DNA of 32,000 bases, from NCBI GenBank assembly GCA_019694395.1, contig JAIBCC010000002.1, forward strand, positions 30,330 through 62,329, read 5' to 3'. Position numbers and translations under genes: made by a program. The notes beneath the pieces were generated by a model. That model saw only the letters and a list, made by a program, of their open reading frames with translations. It had not been told where the DNA came from and did no database searches. Source of the DNA: Pyrinomonadaceae bacterium. GTDB lineage: Bacteria; Acidobacteriota; Blastocatellia; Pyrinomonadales; Pyrinomonadaceae. Position 1 is the stretch's first letter. The number at the start of each line of letters is the position of its first letter. Positions 7,964-16,796 of the stretch are shown here, in pieces.

Positions 7964-9124
7964 ATGAAAGAAGAAATCTCACTCAAAATTGAAAATGAAG
8001 AAATAGTTTTTGCAGATTTAACAAACCGTGTCCAATTAGAAGTTGTTATCGTCTGCAAAAGTGGAAATATATTTTTGTATGATTTGGAAAAACATCAAAA
8101 TCAATTTCTCACTAAATTACCTTTTAATTCAATTCCAAATTTATTGGAAGACTTTAACCCAATGAAAGTTTTGGAAAATCTTTCTCCAACTGAATTAGCT
8201 CAATTACTTGAAAATCAGCCTTCTGAACCTGAAACAATCGAAACCAATAAAGAGAAAAATAAAGATTTCGTTAATAGTTTGTCTTTAAATGCAAAACTTC
8301 ATAGTTTCGACAATTACGTTTGCATTGTTCAGAAAAATGGAACTTCAGGGGTTGTTTTGAATCTCGAAAATCCGAATTATCGGAAAATCTTAACTCGTGG
8401 TGATTATCAGGTCGAGCATTGTCAATTTCCAATTGCATTTTACGAAAAACGTAACCAAACATTTTTAATTCACGGAACCGATTGGAACAGGTTAGACATT
8501 ACTTGTTTGGAAACTGACGACCTTTTAACCCAAAGATTTGTCGATTACGATTCCAACTCAAATTATTTCGATTATTTTCACAGCTCATTGCTTATTTCTC
8601 CTGATTCAAAATATTTTACGAGCAATGGTTGGGTTTGGCATCCTTACGATGTAATAACCGTTTATCCAATTGAGAATTTTTTACAAAAATATGAACTTTC
8701 ACATCTACAATTTGATTTTGAGGATGTTGATGGTTACAACTGGGATAGACCTTTATGTTGGTTTGATAATAAAACTCTCGGGATTGGTTATAACAAAAAA
8801 GAAGCAAATGATGGTAAAGGCGATTTTATGTCTGAAATTATATTTGTTGATATTTTAGAAAAAAAGATTGTAAATCGAATTAACTTCGAGGGTTTCGCAT
8901 TGTCACAATATGGGGCAACCGAAGGCGATTTGTTTTTTGATACTGAAAATAAGCATTTCCTTGGGTTGAATAATAAGAGCGGTCTTCTAATTTCTGATAT
9001 TGACGGTAATGAGCTTTTTCGAGATTCAGCCCTTACCTCTCATAAATATTCGCAACAACATAAACTTTTCTACCAAATAGATACACAAAAAAAAGTTATT
9101 GAATTTGTAAAGAATTTGATATGA
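7964..9124 (+). CDS. Hypothetical protein, 386 aa (possibly WD40/beta-propeller-like)
   Basis: Long ORF with GGSG-less beta-rich repeats such as SPDSKYFTSNGWVWHPYD and GLNNKSGLLISDIDG. The family was not recognised. Its 3' end overlaps the next gene by ATGA. Confidence 0.7.
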   Translation: MKEEISLKIENEEIVFADLTNRVQLEVVIVCKSGNIFLYDLEKHQNQFLTKLPFNSIPNLLEDFNPMKVLENLSPTELAQLLENQPSEPETIETNKEKNKDFVNSLSLNAKLHSFDNYVCIVQKNGTSGVVLNLENPNYRKILTRGDYQVEHCQFPIAFYEKRNQTFLIHGTDWNRLDITCLETDDLLTQRFVDYDSNSNYFDYFHSSLLISPDSKYFTSNGWVWHPYDVITVYPIENFLQKYELSHLQFDFEDVDGYNWDRPLCWFDNKTLGIGYNKKEANDGKGDFMSEIIFVDILEKKIVNRINFEGFALSQYGATEGDLFFDTENKHFLGLNNKSGLLISDIDGNELFRDSALTSHKYSQQHKLFYQIDTQKKVIEFVKNLI

Positions 9125-9573
9125 ACCTATTTAACCCAGCCAAAAGAGAAGAACTTATCGCCCGTCTTAATCGTTTAACGCCCGAATCAAGGGCTTTGTG
9201 GGGCAAAATGAGTGTTGGCGAAATACTTTGTCATTGTTTGGACGGTAATAAAATGGCTCTCGGTGAAATTCCGCCGACGGATAAAAGTAATTTTTTCACC
9301 CGTAGTTTGGTTAAATATTTGGTCGTTTATATTGTGCCGATTCCGAAAGGTGCTCCCGCTCCGCCCGAAATCAATCCGCAAAAAAAAGGCACAAAACCGC
9401 AGGATTTTGAACGCGAACGTCAGCTTTTGATTGAAGACATCAATAATTTTGCCAAATTAACCTCCGATGATTTCAAGGGCAGACATCATATTTTCGGCAA
9501 GCTCACGCCGAACCAATGGGCTAGATTAGGTTATAAACATCTCGACCACCATTTGAAACAATTCGGAGTTTGA
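9121..9573 (+). CDS. DUF1569-like (DinB-fold) domain-containing protein
   Basis: ESRALWGKMSVGEILCHCLDG, PTDKSNFFTRSLVKYLV and HHIFGKLTPNQWARLGYKHLDHHLKQFG, typical of DUF1569 proteins. Confidence 0.72.
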   Translation: MNLFNPAKREELIARLNRLTPESRALWGKMSVGEILCHCLDGNKMALGEIPPTDKSNFFTRSLVKYLVVYIVPIPKGAPAPPEINPQKKGTKPQDFERERQLLIEDINNFAKLTSDDFKGRHHIFGKLTPNQWARLGYKHLDHHLKQFGV

Positions 9574-9643
9574 GAAAAAAAATAAATTGCCTTGAGACAT
9601 TTTGCCTCGAATTTACGCGTTACAGTTCGGAGGCAAATTTTTT

Positions 9644-10366
9644 ATGGCAATTAATTCTACTTTTTTACCAAGACCTTCTGACAGAAATCTTTATCTTTTG
9701 GCGGGAATCGCATTTCCCTTGTTGGTCTTGATCGGTTATTTCAAATCCTATTATTTCATTTCTTTTTTTTCCGACGCCCGACCAATCACGAATTCTTTAG
9801 TGCATTTGCACGGAATTGTGATGTCTGCCTGGGTTCTTTATTTTACCGCTCAAATTGCCCTGATTCGCACAAAAAATGTTAAATTACATATGACAATGGG
9901 TTTTGCCGGAATCGGGCTGGCTGCAATTGTTGTAATTGTTGGTTTACTAACTGCTTATGATTCACACGTTGTCCGTCACGTAGCTCCGCCGGGAATCAGC
10001 CCATATAGTTTTCTGGTAATTCCACTTGGTGATTTGTTTTTCTTTGTAACTTTTTTTGCCGGTGCAATTTACTACCGCAAACGTCCGGCTGAACATAAAT
10101 CTTTAATGTTAATGACGGCAATCAATTTTCTGCCGCCGGCAATTTCGAGGATTCCAATTTATCCCGAACAATTTTTTATGCTTTGGTCATTCGGAATTCC
10201 CTGTTTGGCTGCCATCGTTTGCTTAATTTGGCATTCCATCAAATACCGAAAAATCAATAAAGTTTTTGCATTGGCTGTCGTAGCTTATGTAATTTTCCAA
10301 CCTCTAAGAATTATTTTTGGAATGTCTGAAAGCTGGATCAATTTTATGAAAATGATTTTTGGATAA
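9644..10366 (+). CDS. Multipass membrane protein of unknown function
   Basis: ATG at 9644 preceded by GGAGG (9629-9633). Several hydrophobic helices, with histidines in LHGIVMSAW and MTMGFAG contexts. Confidence 0.75.
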   Translation: MAINSTFLPRPSDRNLYLLAGIAFPLLVLIGYFKSYYFISFFSDARPITNSLVHLHGIVMSAWVLYFTAQIALIRTKNVKLHMTMGFAGIGLAAIVVIVGLLTAYDSHVVRHVAPPGISPYSFLVIPLGDLFFFVTFFAGAIYYRKRPAEHKSLMLMTAINFLPPAISRIPIYPEQFFMLWSFGIPCLAAIVCLIWHSIKYRKINKVFALAVVAYVIFQPLRIIFGMSESWINFMKMIFG

Positions 10367-10482
10367 TTTTCTCACGGGGATTGGACTGAAATAATTCAAA
10401 CAAAATCTGGTTTCAAATCCCTGTGAATTCCCTCTTCTCGACATTGACCAAATTCTGCAAATCCCCGAAAATCAAATTCTAT

Positions 10483-11738
10483 ATGAACAAACGATTTTCG
10501 GTTTTAATTTTCCTATTTTTATTTGCTGCATCCAATCTTTTTGCCCAAACCGCACAGGTCAAATCCTTTGACCCTAATTACAAAAGAATTTTCAATAATC
10601 CGACGCAGGATAAAAATTTTTATCTTTTAAGTATGATGCAAAATTTGTCCGACGTTCGAAAGACTTTGAACAAAAATAAAGTATTCAAACAATTGGCAAA
10701 TCAACATGCAGACCAATCAAAAATTGCGGTTAACTGCAACAATGTCAAATGTTACGATGATGCCTTTCGATTTACTGATACAGAAATAGAAACAATTGCA
10801 AAAGAACTTGAAAATTCCGCCAAAGAAAATAACTTATCCAAATTAGTTGAAAATCATTTGCGACCGTCCGGAATTTTTATTCGTTATGATTCCAGATCCA
10901 ATACTGAACTTTTAGTTTCCGCCTGGCGTGATGCGGCGAAAGGCGTAAATCATATTCTGGATGTTTTCGGTCTGGGAAGGATGCACTTTATAAGGACATT
11001 GATAATGTCAGTTTCGATGTTAACGGAGTGGAATACCAAAAGATTTTGAAAACAAAAGTAGCCGAAATTAATTTTAAAAAAAATACATTATTCTTTGAGC
11101 CGACACTTTCCTACGCGATGAAGCTTTTGGAAATAAATAAACGCGATGAAGCAGGTCGGCACGAGTTATTAGAAGCAAAGGATAATAAAAAAGCCTTTGA
11201 AAACCTTAAAAATATTAAATGGAATGATTATCCGTATTCGGTGATTTTAGTGCTTGGTTCAGGTCCCGGAAACTCCGGTTTGAGCATTAGCAAGGAAGGA
11301 ATGACACGTTCGGACGAAGCCGTAAAACTCTTTCAAGCCAAGCAAGCTCCGTTAATTATTCTTTCGGGCGGCTATGTTCATCCTGCCCACACACCGTATT
11401 GTGAAGCGGTTGAAATGAAAAAATACATAATGGAAAAATATAAGATTCCTGAGGAAAATATTTTGATCGAACCACACGCCCGACACACAACAACCAACGT
11501 CCGAAACGCCGCCCGAATTATGTTTCGTGACCAAATCCCAACCGAAAAAAAAGGATTGATTACCTCAAGTCAATCCCATATTGATTACGTTGCCGGAGAA
11601 ACTTTCAAAAAAAGATTTATGGATGAAATCGGCTTTGTTCCGATGCAGATTTTCCAAAGAATTTCACCAGTAGCTATTGAATTCATTCCACTTAAAGAAT
11701 CTCTGTTCGTAAATTCAATGGAAACGCTTGACCCATAA
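10483..11738 (+). pseudogene. YdcF/ElyC/SanA-like (DUF218) protein with an apparent -1 frameshift near 10976-10981
   Basis: ORF 10483-11049 (signal peptide plus alpha-helical N-terminus) overlaps ORF 11028-11738 (DUF218 core SVILVLGSGPGNSGLSISKEGMTRSDEAVKLF...LSGGY...TTTNVRNAARI). In the second frame the upstream reading is sensible (KDALYKDIDNVSFDVNGVEYQK), while the first frame degenerates after FGLG. Confidence 0.85.
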
Positions 11739-11897
11739 TTTCAATTTCTAATTTAAATAAATATCTTGCTTTCCGATTTGCTATTTGGGAATTTTTTTAT
11801 TATATTTGTTTCATTGATGAAACATTTTTGCATCTCGCAACGTATAATGTTTCAGAAGGTTTCTACAAATAATAAAAAAACAATAGGAGATAATCAA

Positions 11898-12338
11898 ATG
11901 GCAAAAATTAATCCATATTTGACCTTTAACGGCAATTCGGAAGAGGTTTTCAACTTTTATAAATCAGTTTTCGGTGGCGAATTTGCAACATTTATGCGGT
12001 TCGGAGATATGCCTGCCCAAGATGGTTGCCCCGAAATATCAGATTCCGACAAAGCAAAAATAATGCACGTTGCATTGCCTTTGAGTGATGGTCACGTATT
12101 AATGGCATCTGATGCAATTGGCGAACAGGCAGATTCAGTTGAATCGGGCAATAATATTTCCCTTTCCGTTAGCGCAGACAGCAAGGAAGAAGCAGATAAG
12201 CTTTTCAATGGACTTTCTGATAGCGGAACAGTCACTATGCCGATTTCAGATACTTTCTGGGGTGCTTATTTCGGAATGTGCAAAGACCAATTCGGCATCA
12301 ATTGGATGGTCAATTACGATTATCCGAAAAATGACTAA
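11898..12338 (+). CDS. VOC (glyoxalase/PhnB-like) family protein
   Basis: MAKINPYLTFNGNSEEVFNFYKSVFGGEF...FGDMPAQDG...SDGHVLMASDA...DTFWGAYFGMCKDQFGINWMVNYDYP, typical of PhnB-like VOC proteins. AGGAGA lies upstream. Confidence 0.93.
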   Translation: MAKINPYLTFNGNSEEVFNFYKSVFGGEFATFMRFGDMPAQDGCPEISDSDKAKIMHVALPLSDGHVLMASDAIGEQADSVESGNNISLSVSADSKEEADKLFNGLSDSGTVTMPISDTFWGAYFGMCKDQFGINWMVNYDYPKND

Positions 12339-12359
12339 TTTTACATTCAACCAACGAAT

Positions 12360-12737
12360 ATGAGATCAAGAAAATTACCTATCATTTATTGGCTTATTAC
12401 CATTTTCTTTGCCCTGTTTATGATTTTAGACGGTTTAGCAGGTGTTTTGCGGGTTGAGGGTGGCAAAGAAGCATTAGCCGTTTTAGGCTATCCGGAATAT
12501 TGTTTAACGATTTTGGGGTTGGCTAAATTGTTTGGATCAATCGCAATTCTGCAACCGTCTTTTCGCACTATTAAAGAATGGGCTTACGCCGGTTTTACCT
12601 TCATATTCGTTGGCGGATTTGCTTCACATGCATTCACGGGAGACGGCATTGGAATGCTGTTTCCCCCTTTAATTATGCTTGGAATAATGTTTGTTTCATA
12701 CACTTTATGGAAAAAGATCGAATCTGAAAGATTCTAA
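12360..12737 (+). CDS. DoxX-like membrane protein
   Basis: 125 aa, four hydrophobic helices, LAVLGYPEYCLTILGLAKLFG...WAYAGF. Confidence 0.8.
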   Translation: MRSRKLPIIYWLITIFFALFMILDGLAGVLRVEGGKEALAVLGYPEYCLTILGLAKLFGSIAILQPSFRTIKEWAYAGFTFIFVGGFASHAFTGDGIGMLFPPLIMLGIMFVSYTLWKKIESERF

Positions 12738-12753
12738 ATAAGGAGAAATTTTT

Positions 12754-13131
12754 ATGAAAATCGCAGTTATAATTGTTCGAGTTTTGATGGGTTTATTATT
12801 TATTTTTGGTTCGGTTACATATTTTCTTAATCTGATCCCAACACCCGAATTATCCGGAAATCTAAAAACCTTTAACGATGGAATAAATGCCTCGGGCTAT
12901 TTAATGACCCTGATAAAATCCACTGAATTAGTTTGTGGGATTGCCTTTGTCACAGGTCGGTTTGTTCCTCTGGCGAGTGTTCTCATTGCTCCTGTAATTG
13001 TTAATATTCTTTTCGTTCACCTTTTTCTTGACAGAACAACTTTACCAATTGCGATTTTTCTGGTTCTGGCAAATATTTTTGTGGCTTTTTCTAATTGGGA
13101 AAAATACGAACCGCTTTTGGAGGCAAAATAG
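12754..13131 (+). CDS. DoxX family-like membrane protein
   Basis: 125 aa, VRVLMGLLFIFGS...GYLMTLIKSTELVCGIAFVTGRFVPLA, four hydrophobic helices. Confidence 0.75.
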   Translation: MKIAVIIVRVLMGLLFIFGSVTYFLNLIPTPELSGNLKTFNDGINASGYLMTLIKSTELVCGIAFVTGRFVPLASVLIAPVIVNILFVHLFLDRTTLPIAIFLVLANIFVAFSNWEKYEPLLEAK

Positions 13132-13133
13132 TC

Positions 13134-13694
13134 ATGGGTAAATTAAAATTGCAAATGCAGGTTTCAGTTGATAATTTCATCGCCGGACCAAATGGAGAAA
13201 TGGATTGGTTGGTTTGGGATTGGGATGACAATCTGAAAAATTATGTTGCTGCACTCAATGAACCGATTGACCATATAATTTTGGGTCGAAAAATGGCTAA
13301 AGGTTTTATAGATGCCTGGGCAGAAAGGGTAAATGATCCGGAAATGGCTGAATTTGCCCATAAAATGAATGACACCCCAAAAACAGTTTTTTCTAAAACG
13401 CTCGAATCTATTAATGGCAAAAATACTTCTGTTGCAAATGGCGATTTGGTTGATGAGATCGCCAAACTAAAGAACGAAAATCAGGAAATAATTGCCTACG
13501 GCGGCGGGAATTTTGTTTCTTCCTTGATCAAAAACAATTTGATTGATGATTATCATTTATTCGTAAACCCGGTTGCTGTGGGTAAAGGAATGACTATTTT
13601 CGGCAGTTTGGATGAAAAATTAAATCTTAATTTAATTAAAGCAACTGCCTTTGAATGCGGAATTGTAGCTCTGCATTATCAGACGAAAAAATAA
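13134..13694 (+). CDS. Dihydrofolate reductase family protein (RibD C-terminal-like)
   Basis: MGKLKLQMQVSVDNFIAGPNGEMDWLVWDWD...PIDHIILGRKMAKGF...EIIAYGGGNFVSSLIKNNLIDDYHLFVNPVAVGKGMTIF. Confidence 0.92.
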   Translation: MGKLKLQMQVSVDNFIAGPNGEMDWLVWDWDDNLKNYVAALNEPIDHIILGRKMAKGFIDAWAERVNDPEMAEFAHKMNDTPKTVFSKTLESINGKNTSVANGDLVDEIAKLKNENQEIIAYGGGNFVSSLIKNNLIDDYHLFVNPVAVGKGMTIFGSLDEKLNLNLIKATAFECGIVALHYQTKK

Positions 13695-13706
13695 AGGGAG
13701 TTTTTT

Positions 13707-14063
13707 GTGAAATACAATTCAATCGAAGCATTTGTGCCTTCGGGTAAAGATTTTCAACTTTCTAAACAATTATTTTTGGAACTTGGTTTTAAGATTGTCT
13801 GGGAAGCTGAGGATTACATCGGTTTTGAAAATAACGGCTGTCGTTTTATTTTGCAAAATTATAACGTCAAAGAATTTGCAGAAAATTTTATGATGAGCGT
13901 TAAAGTTGAGAATTTGGACGAATTCTGGAAAACCCTAAATAAATTGGATTTGCCTGAGAAATTCGGTGTCAAACTTCGTGAACCAACCAGCTTTCCTTGG
14001 GGCAAGGAGGTTAATTTAATTGATATTGCGGGAGTTTGCTGGCATTTTTCCGAAAGTAAATAA
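13707..14063 (+). CDS. VOC family (glyoxalase/bleomycin resistance-like) protein
   Basis: 118 aa, SKQLFLELGFKIVWEAEDYIGFENNGCRFILQNY..., DIAGVCWHF. Confidence 0.82.
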   Translation: MKYNSIEAFVPSGKDFQLSKQLFLELGFKIVWEAEDYIGFENNGCRFILQNYNVKEFAENFMMSVKVENLDEFWKTLNKLDLPEKFGVKLREPTSFPWGKEVNLIDIAGVCWHFSESK

Positions 14064-14068
14064 ATACA

Positions 14069-14419
14069 ATGAATCAAAATCAACTGGTAAAAACTGAAGA
14101 AATTGAATGGAAACCTTTAAATGAAGAAGGTGTAAGCGGGGTTTATGTCAAATCCTTGTTGTATGACAAAGAAACTCATCGCTCACCAACAATTCTTTTA
14201 AAATTCGATGCGGGAGCAACTTATCCTTTGCATAATCATCCCGGCGGCGAAGAAATATTTGTTCTGAAAGGCGACATCAAACTTGGTAAAGATGAGTTAA
14301 AAGCAGGCGATTTTCTTTATACTGCGGTCAATAATAAACACCGTGTCAGCACTAAAAATGGATGTATCGTTTTGGTCAAAGTTCCACAGGAAGTCGAAAT
14401 TATCAAATCACGTTTATAG
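14069..14419 (+). CDS. Cupin domain protein (ChrR-like cupin)
   Basis: FDAGATYPLHNHPGGEEIFVLKGDIKLGKDELKAGDFLYTAVNNKH, a cupin metal-binding motif. Confidence 0.9.
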   Translation: MNQNQLVKTEEIEWKPLNEEGVSGVYVKSLLYDKETHRSPTILLKFDAGATYPLHNHPGGEEIFVLKGDIKLGKDELKAGDFLYTAVNNKHRVSTKNGCIVLVKVPQEVEIIKSRL

Positions 14420-14423
14420 TAAA

Positions 14424-14882
14424 ATGACTGAAAATGTTTGTTTTCAAATAAAAAGACTTACTTCAAATGAAGTTTTCTTAGCCAAAGAACTGGCAAAAAT
14501 GTTTGGGTTTACAGAAGGCTCAAAAAATCAGTTTTTTGCCTCTGAAAATTATGTTCGTCAGATGTTGGAAAAAGAAGATTTTCACGTTATTGTCGCTTTG
14601 GAAAATAACAAATTGATCGGTGGTTTAACTGCTTATGAAATGAAAATGTTCAAGCGGGAAACCACCGAAATGTTTTTGTATGAAATTGAAGTTGCCGAAA
14701 ATTACAGGCAAAAAGGGGTGGGCAAAGGCTTAATTGAATTTTTAAAGGAAATTTGCACTACCAAAGGAATTGTTGAAATGTTTGTCGGCACAGAAAAAGA
14801 TAATTTTCCTGCCAAAAAATTATATTCAGCAACCGGAGGAATGGCAGATGAAAATTCAGTTTGGTTTAATTACGAATTTTGA
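14424..14882 (+). CDS. GNAT N-acetyltransferase, AAC(3)-I-like
   Basis: ATG at 14424. FLYEIEVAENYRQKGVGKGLIEFLKEI is the acetyl-CoA binding motif. Overall pattern (LFG...GGLTAYEMKMFKRETTEMFLYEIEV...KLYSATGG) resembles the AAC(3)-I group. Confidence 0.82.
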   Translation: MTENVCFQIKRLTSNEVFLAKELAKMFGFTEGSKNQFFASENYVRQMLEKEDFHVIVALENNKLIGGLTAYEMKMFKRETTEMFLYEIEVAENYRQKGVGKGLIEFLKEICTTKGIVEMFVGTEKDNFPAKKLYSATGGMADENSVWFNYEF

Positions 14883-14898
14883 TTAGAATAAAAAAGTT

Positions 14899-15003
14899 AT
14901 GTTTACAAAAGAAAAAGCCCGTAGATTTGCCTGGTTTTGTTTAGGGATCGTTTTTTCGCTTAGTGTCCTTTATTTTTTCAAATTTTGGCTTTTTGCTGAT
15001 TGA
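14899..15003 (+). CDS. Small single-TM protein, 34 aa
   Basis: MFTKEKARRFAWFCLGIVFSLSVLYFFKFWLFAD*: basic N-terminus followed by one hydrophobic helix, 17 nt after the GNAT gene. Confidence 0.45.
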   Translation: MFTKEKARRFAWFCLGIVFSLSVLYFFKFWLFAD

Positions 15004-15377
15004 TTTTGATTTTCCTTTATCAAATCCTTACCGAATCCCCAACGAAATTTAGTATGAAATATAGGACTCCCCAAACCTCTAACCGCTGTCCACATCATTA
15101 TTGCTAAAACCGAATGTTTAAATCCGCCTTTACTTTTGACGCATTGATATAATCTTCTGTCCGAACGCCAACGCGCCATCCAACTTCCGCCGTTAAAATA
15201 ATCCAAATCGTGTTCCACACAACAATCCCCGTAAATTCCATCCGGGAAATGTGTGCAGCCGTCCGATTTAAATCCTTCGGGAAAGGGACGCTGAGTAATT
15301 GGTGTAACTTGCGTTTGAGCCTTTGTTTCTATCGAAAAAACCAGAATGATAAAAAAGGTGATAAATGCAATTTTCAT
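14970..15377 (-). CDS. Secreted phospholipase A2-like protein
   Basis: Signal peptide (MKIAFITFFIILVFSIETKAQ) and GCTHFPDGIYGDCCVEHDLDYFNGG, a PLA2-type CCxxHDxxY catalytic motif. Confidence 0.7.
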   Translation of the reverse strand: MKIAFITFFIILVFSIETKAQTQVTPITQRPFPEGFKSDGCTHFPDGIYGDCCVEHDLDYFNGGSWMARWRSDRRLYQCVKSKGGFKHSVLAIMMWTAVRGLGSPIFHTKFRWGFGKDLIKENQNQSAKSQNLKK

Positions 15378-15482
15378 AAATAAATACTAAAGGATATGTT
15401 ACTCTTTTTCTCAAGATAATCAATATTTTCAGTTAAAATCACCTCATTAGCCTATCAAAATTTTTCGTTGTAGAATTCCTGT

Positions 15483-16610
15483 ATGAGTAAAAAAATCTTT
15501 ATTGCTGGCTCGGGCGGAATTGGTGAAGCCGCCGCTTTATTACTTCGTGAATGGTGTGAATTTGAAACCGAAATCTTTTTAGGCGATATATCCGAAAAAA
15601 GTTTACAAAAAGCCCAAAATTTTGTGGTTGAAAATTCCCAAAAAACTTCAAAGGTCGAAACAGTTTTGATGACCGATGAAATAAATGACTCAATGAAATC
15701 GGCTTTTTCTGGCTGTGACGTTTTGCTCGATTGTTCGCCGGGCGGACAAGCACCAAAAATGGCTCAATTTGCCAAAGAATTTAAAATGCACTACGCAAAT
15801 TTGACCGAATATGTCGCTGAAACCGACAAAATCATGCAATTGGCAAAAGATGCCGATACCGGATTTGTTCTGCAGACGGGTTTGGCTCCCGGTTTTATCA
15901 ATGTTTTGGCAATGTCTTTATATAAAAAGTTTGTTGAAAAATACGAAAACGAAACCGTGGAAAGAATCGGAATGAAAGTTGGAGCATTAACCGCTCACGC
16001 TCATCAACCTCATTTTTACGGGTTTACCTGGTCACCTATCGGAGTGGCGACCGAATATGTTAAGAATTCCAGAGTTATACGCAACTACAAAATTACTGAA
16101 AGACCGGCACTTTCTTCTCGTGAAACCATTGTTATCGGTGCCAGAACTTATGAAGCTGATTTGACTTCCGGCGGCGCGGCTGACCTTCCCGATTTCTTTG
16201 TCGGAAAAGCTAAAGCCCTTGATTATAAAACTTTGCGTTACGTTGGTCATTACGATTGGGTTGAATCTGTCATTAGAAAACTTCCTAAGGATGGGAATTT
16301 GCCGAACAAACTTCAAGACAAAATGCTCGAAGCAATTCCATCAGTTGAAGATGATTTGGTGTTGGTGCATTCTTCGGTGGATGGTTTTGACAGTAACGGA
16401 CGGCGCAGAATGATCGAAAAAGCATTTTATGTTCATCCATTAGAAATTAACGGAAAAGTTTTAAGAGCAATTCAAACAACAACCGCAACACCGCTTTTGG
16501 AATCAGCTATGATGCTTTTAACCGGGAATTACAAAGGTGTAGTTTTGCAAAGCCGGATCGAACCTAACAAATTTATGAAAGGCAATTTTGTCAGTCGGGT
16601 TTACCAATAA
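15483..16610 (+). CDS. Saccharopine dehydrogenase family protein
   Basis: Rossmann start KKIFIAGSGGIGEAAALLLREW and DVLLDCSPGGQ...GLAPGFINVLAMSLY, with a conserved C-terminal catalytic-like domain. Confidence 0.87.
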   Translation: MSKKIFIAGSGGIGEAAALLLREWCEFETEIFLGDISEKSLQKAQNFVVENSQKTSKVETVLMTDEINDSMKSAFSGCDVLLDCSPGGQAPKMAQFAKEFKMHYANLTEYVAETDKIMQLAKDADTGFVLQTGLAPGFINVLAMSLYKKFVEKYENETVERIGMKVGALTAHAHQPHFYGFTWSPIGVATEYVKNSRVIRNYKITERPALSSRETIVIGARTYEADLTSGGAADLPDFFVGKAKALDYKTLRYVGHYDWVESVIRKLPKDGNLPNKLQDKMLEAIPSVEDDLVLVHSSVDGFDSNGRRRMIEKAFYVHPLEINGKVLRAIQTTTATPLLESAMMLLTGNYKGVVLQSRIEPNKFMKGNFVSRVYQ

Positions 16611-16613
16611 ACA

Positions 16614-16663
16614 ATCGGTCAATTTCGGTCAAATTGACGAGCCAATCAGTCTTTTTGACCGAT
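16614..16663. repeat. Overlapping inverted repeats (mutually exclusive hairpins)
   Basis: ATCGGTCAA (16614-16622)/TTGACCGAT (16655-16663) perfect; GTCAATTT (16618-16625)/AAATTGAC (16631-16638) perfect. Confidence 0.7.
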
Positions 16664-16796
16664 AAAAATTTATTGATTTATTTTAATTAAATCTGTAAAT
16701 GTTTAGTTAAATTAAACTTACCCTAACCCCTTTTTTTTGGCACGAATATTGATTTAATAAAAGTCCCCCCTTCCCTGCCTCCAATTTAAACTATAT

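Noticed and set aside
11898-14882. Integron cassette array
   Set aside because: No attC-like palindromes or core sites were seen between the genes, and the spacing is too short (often under 20 nt).
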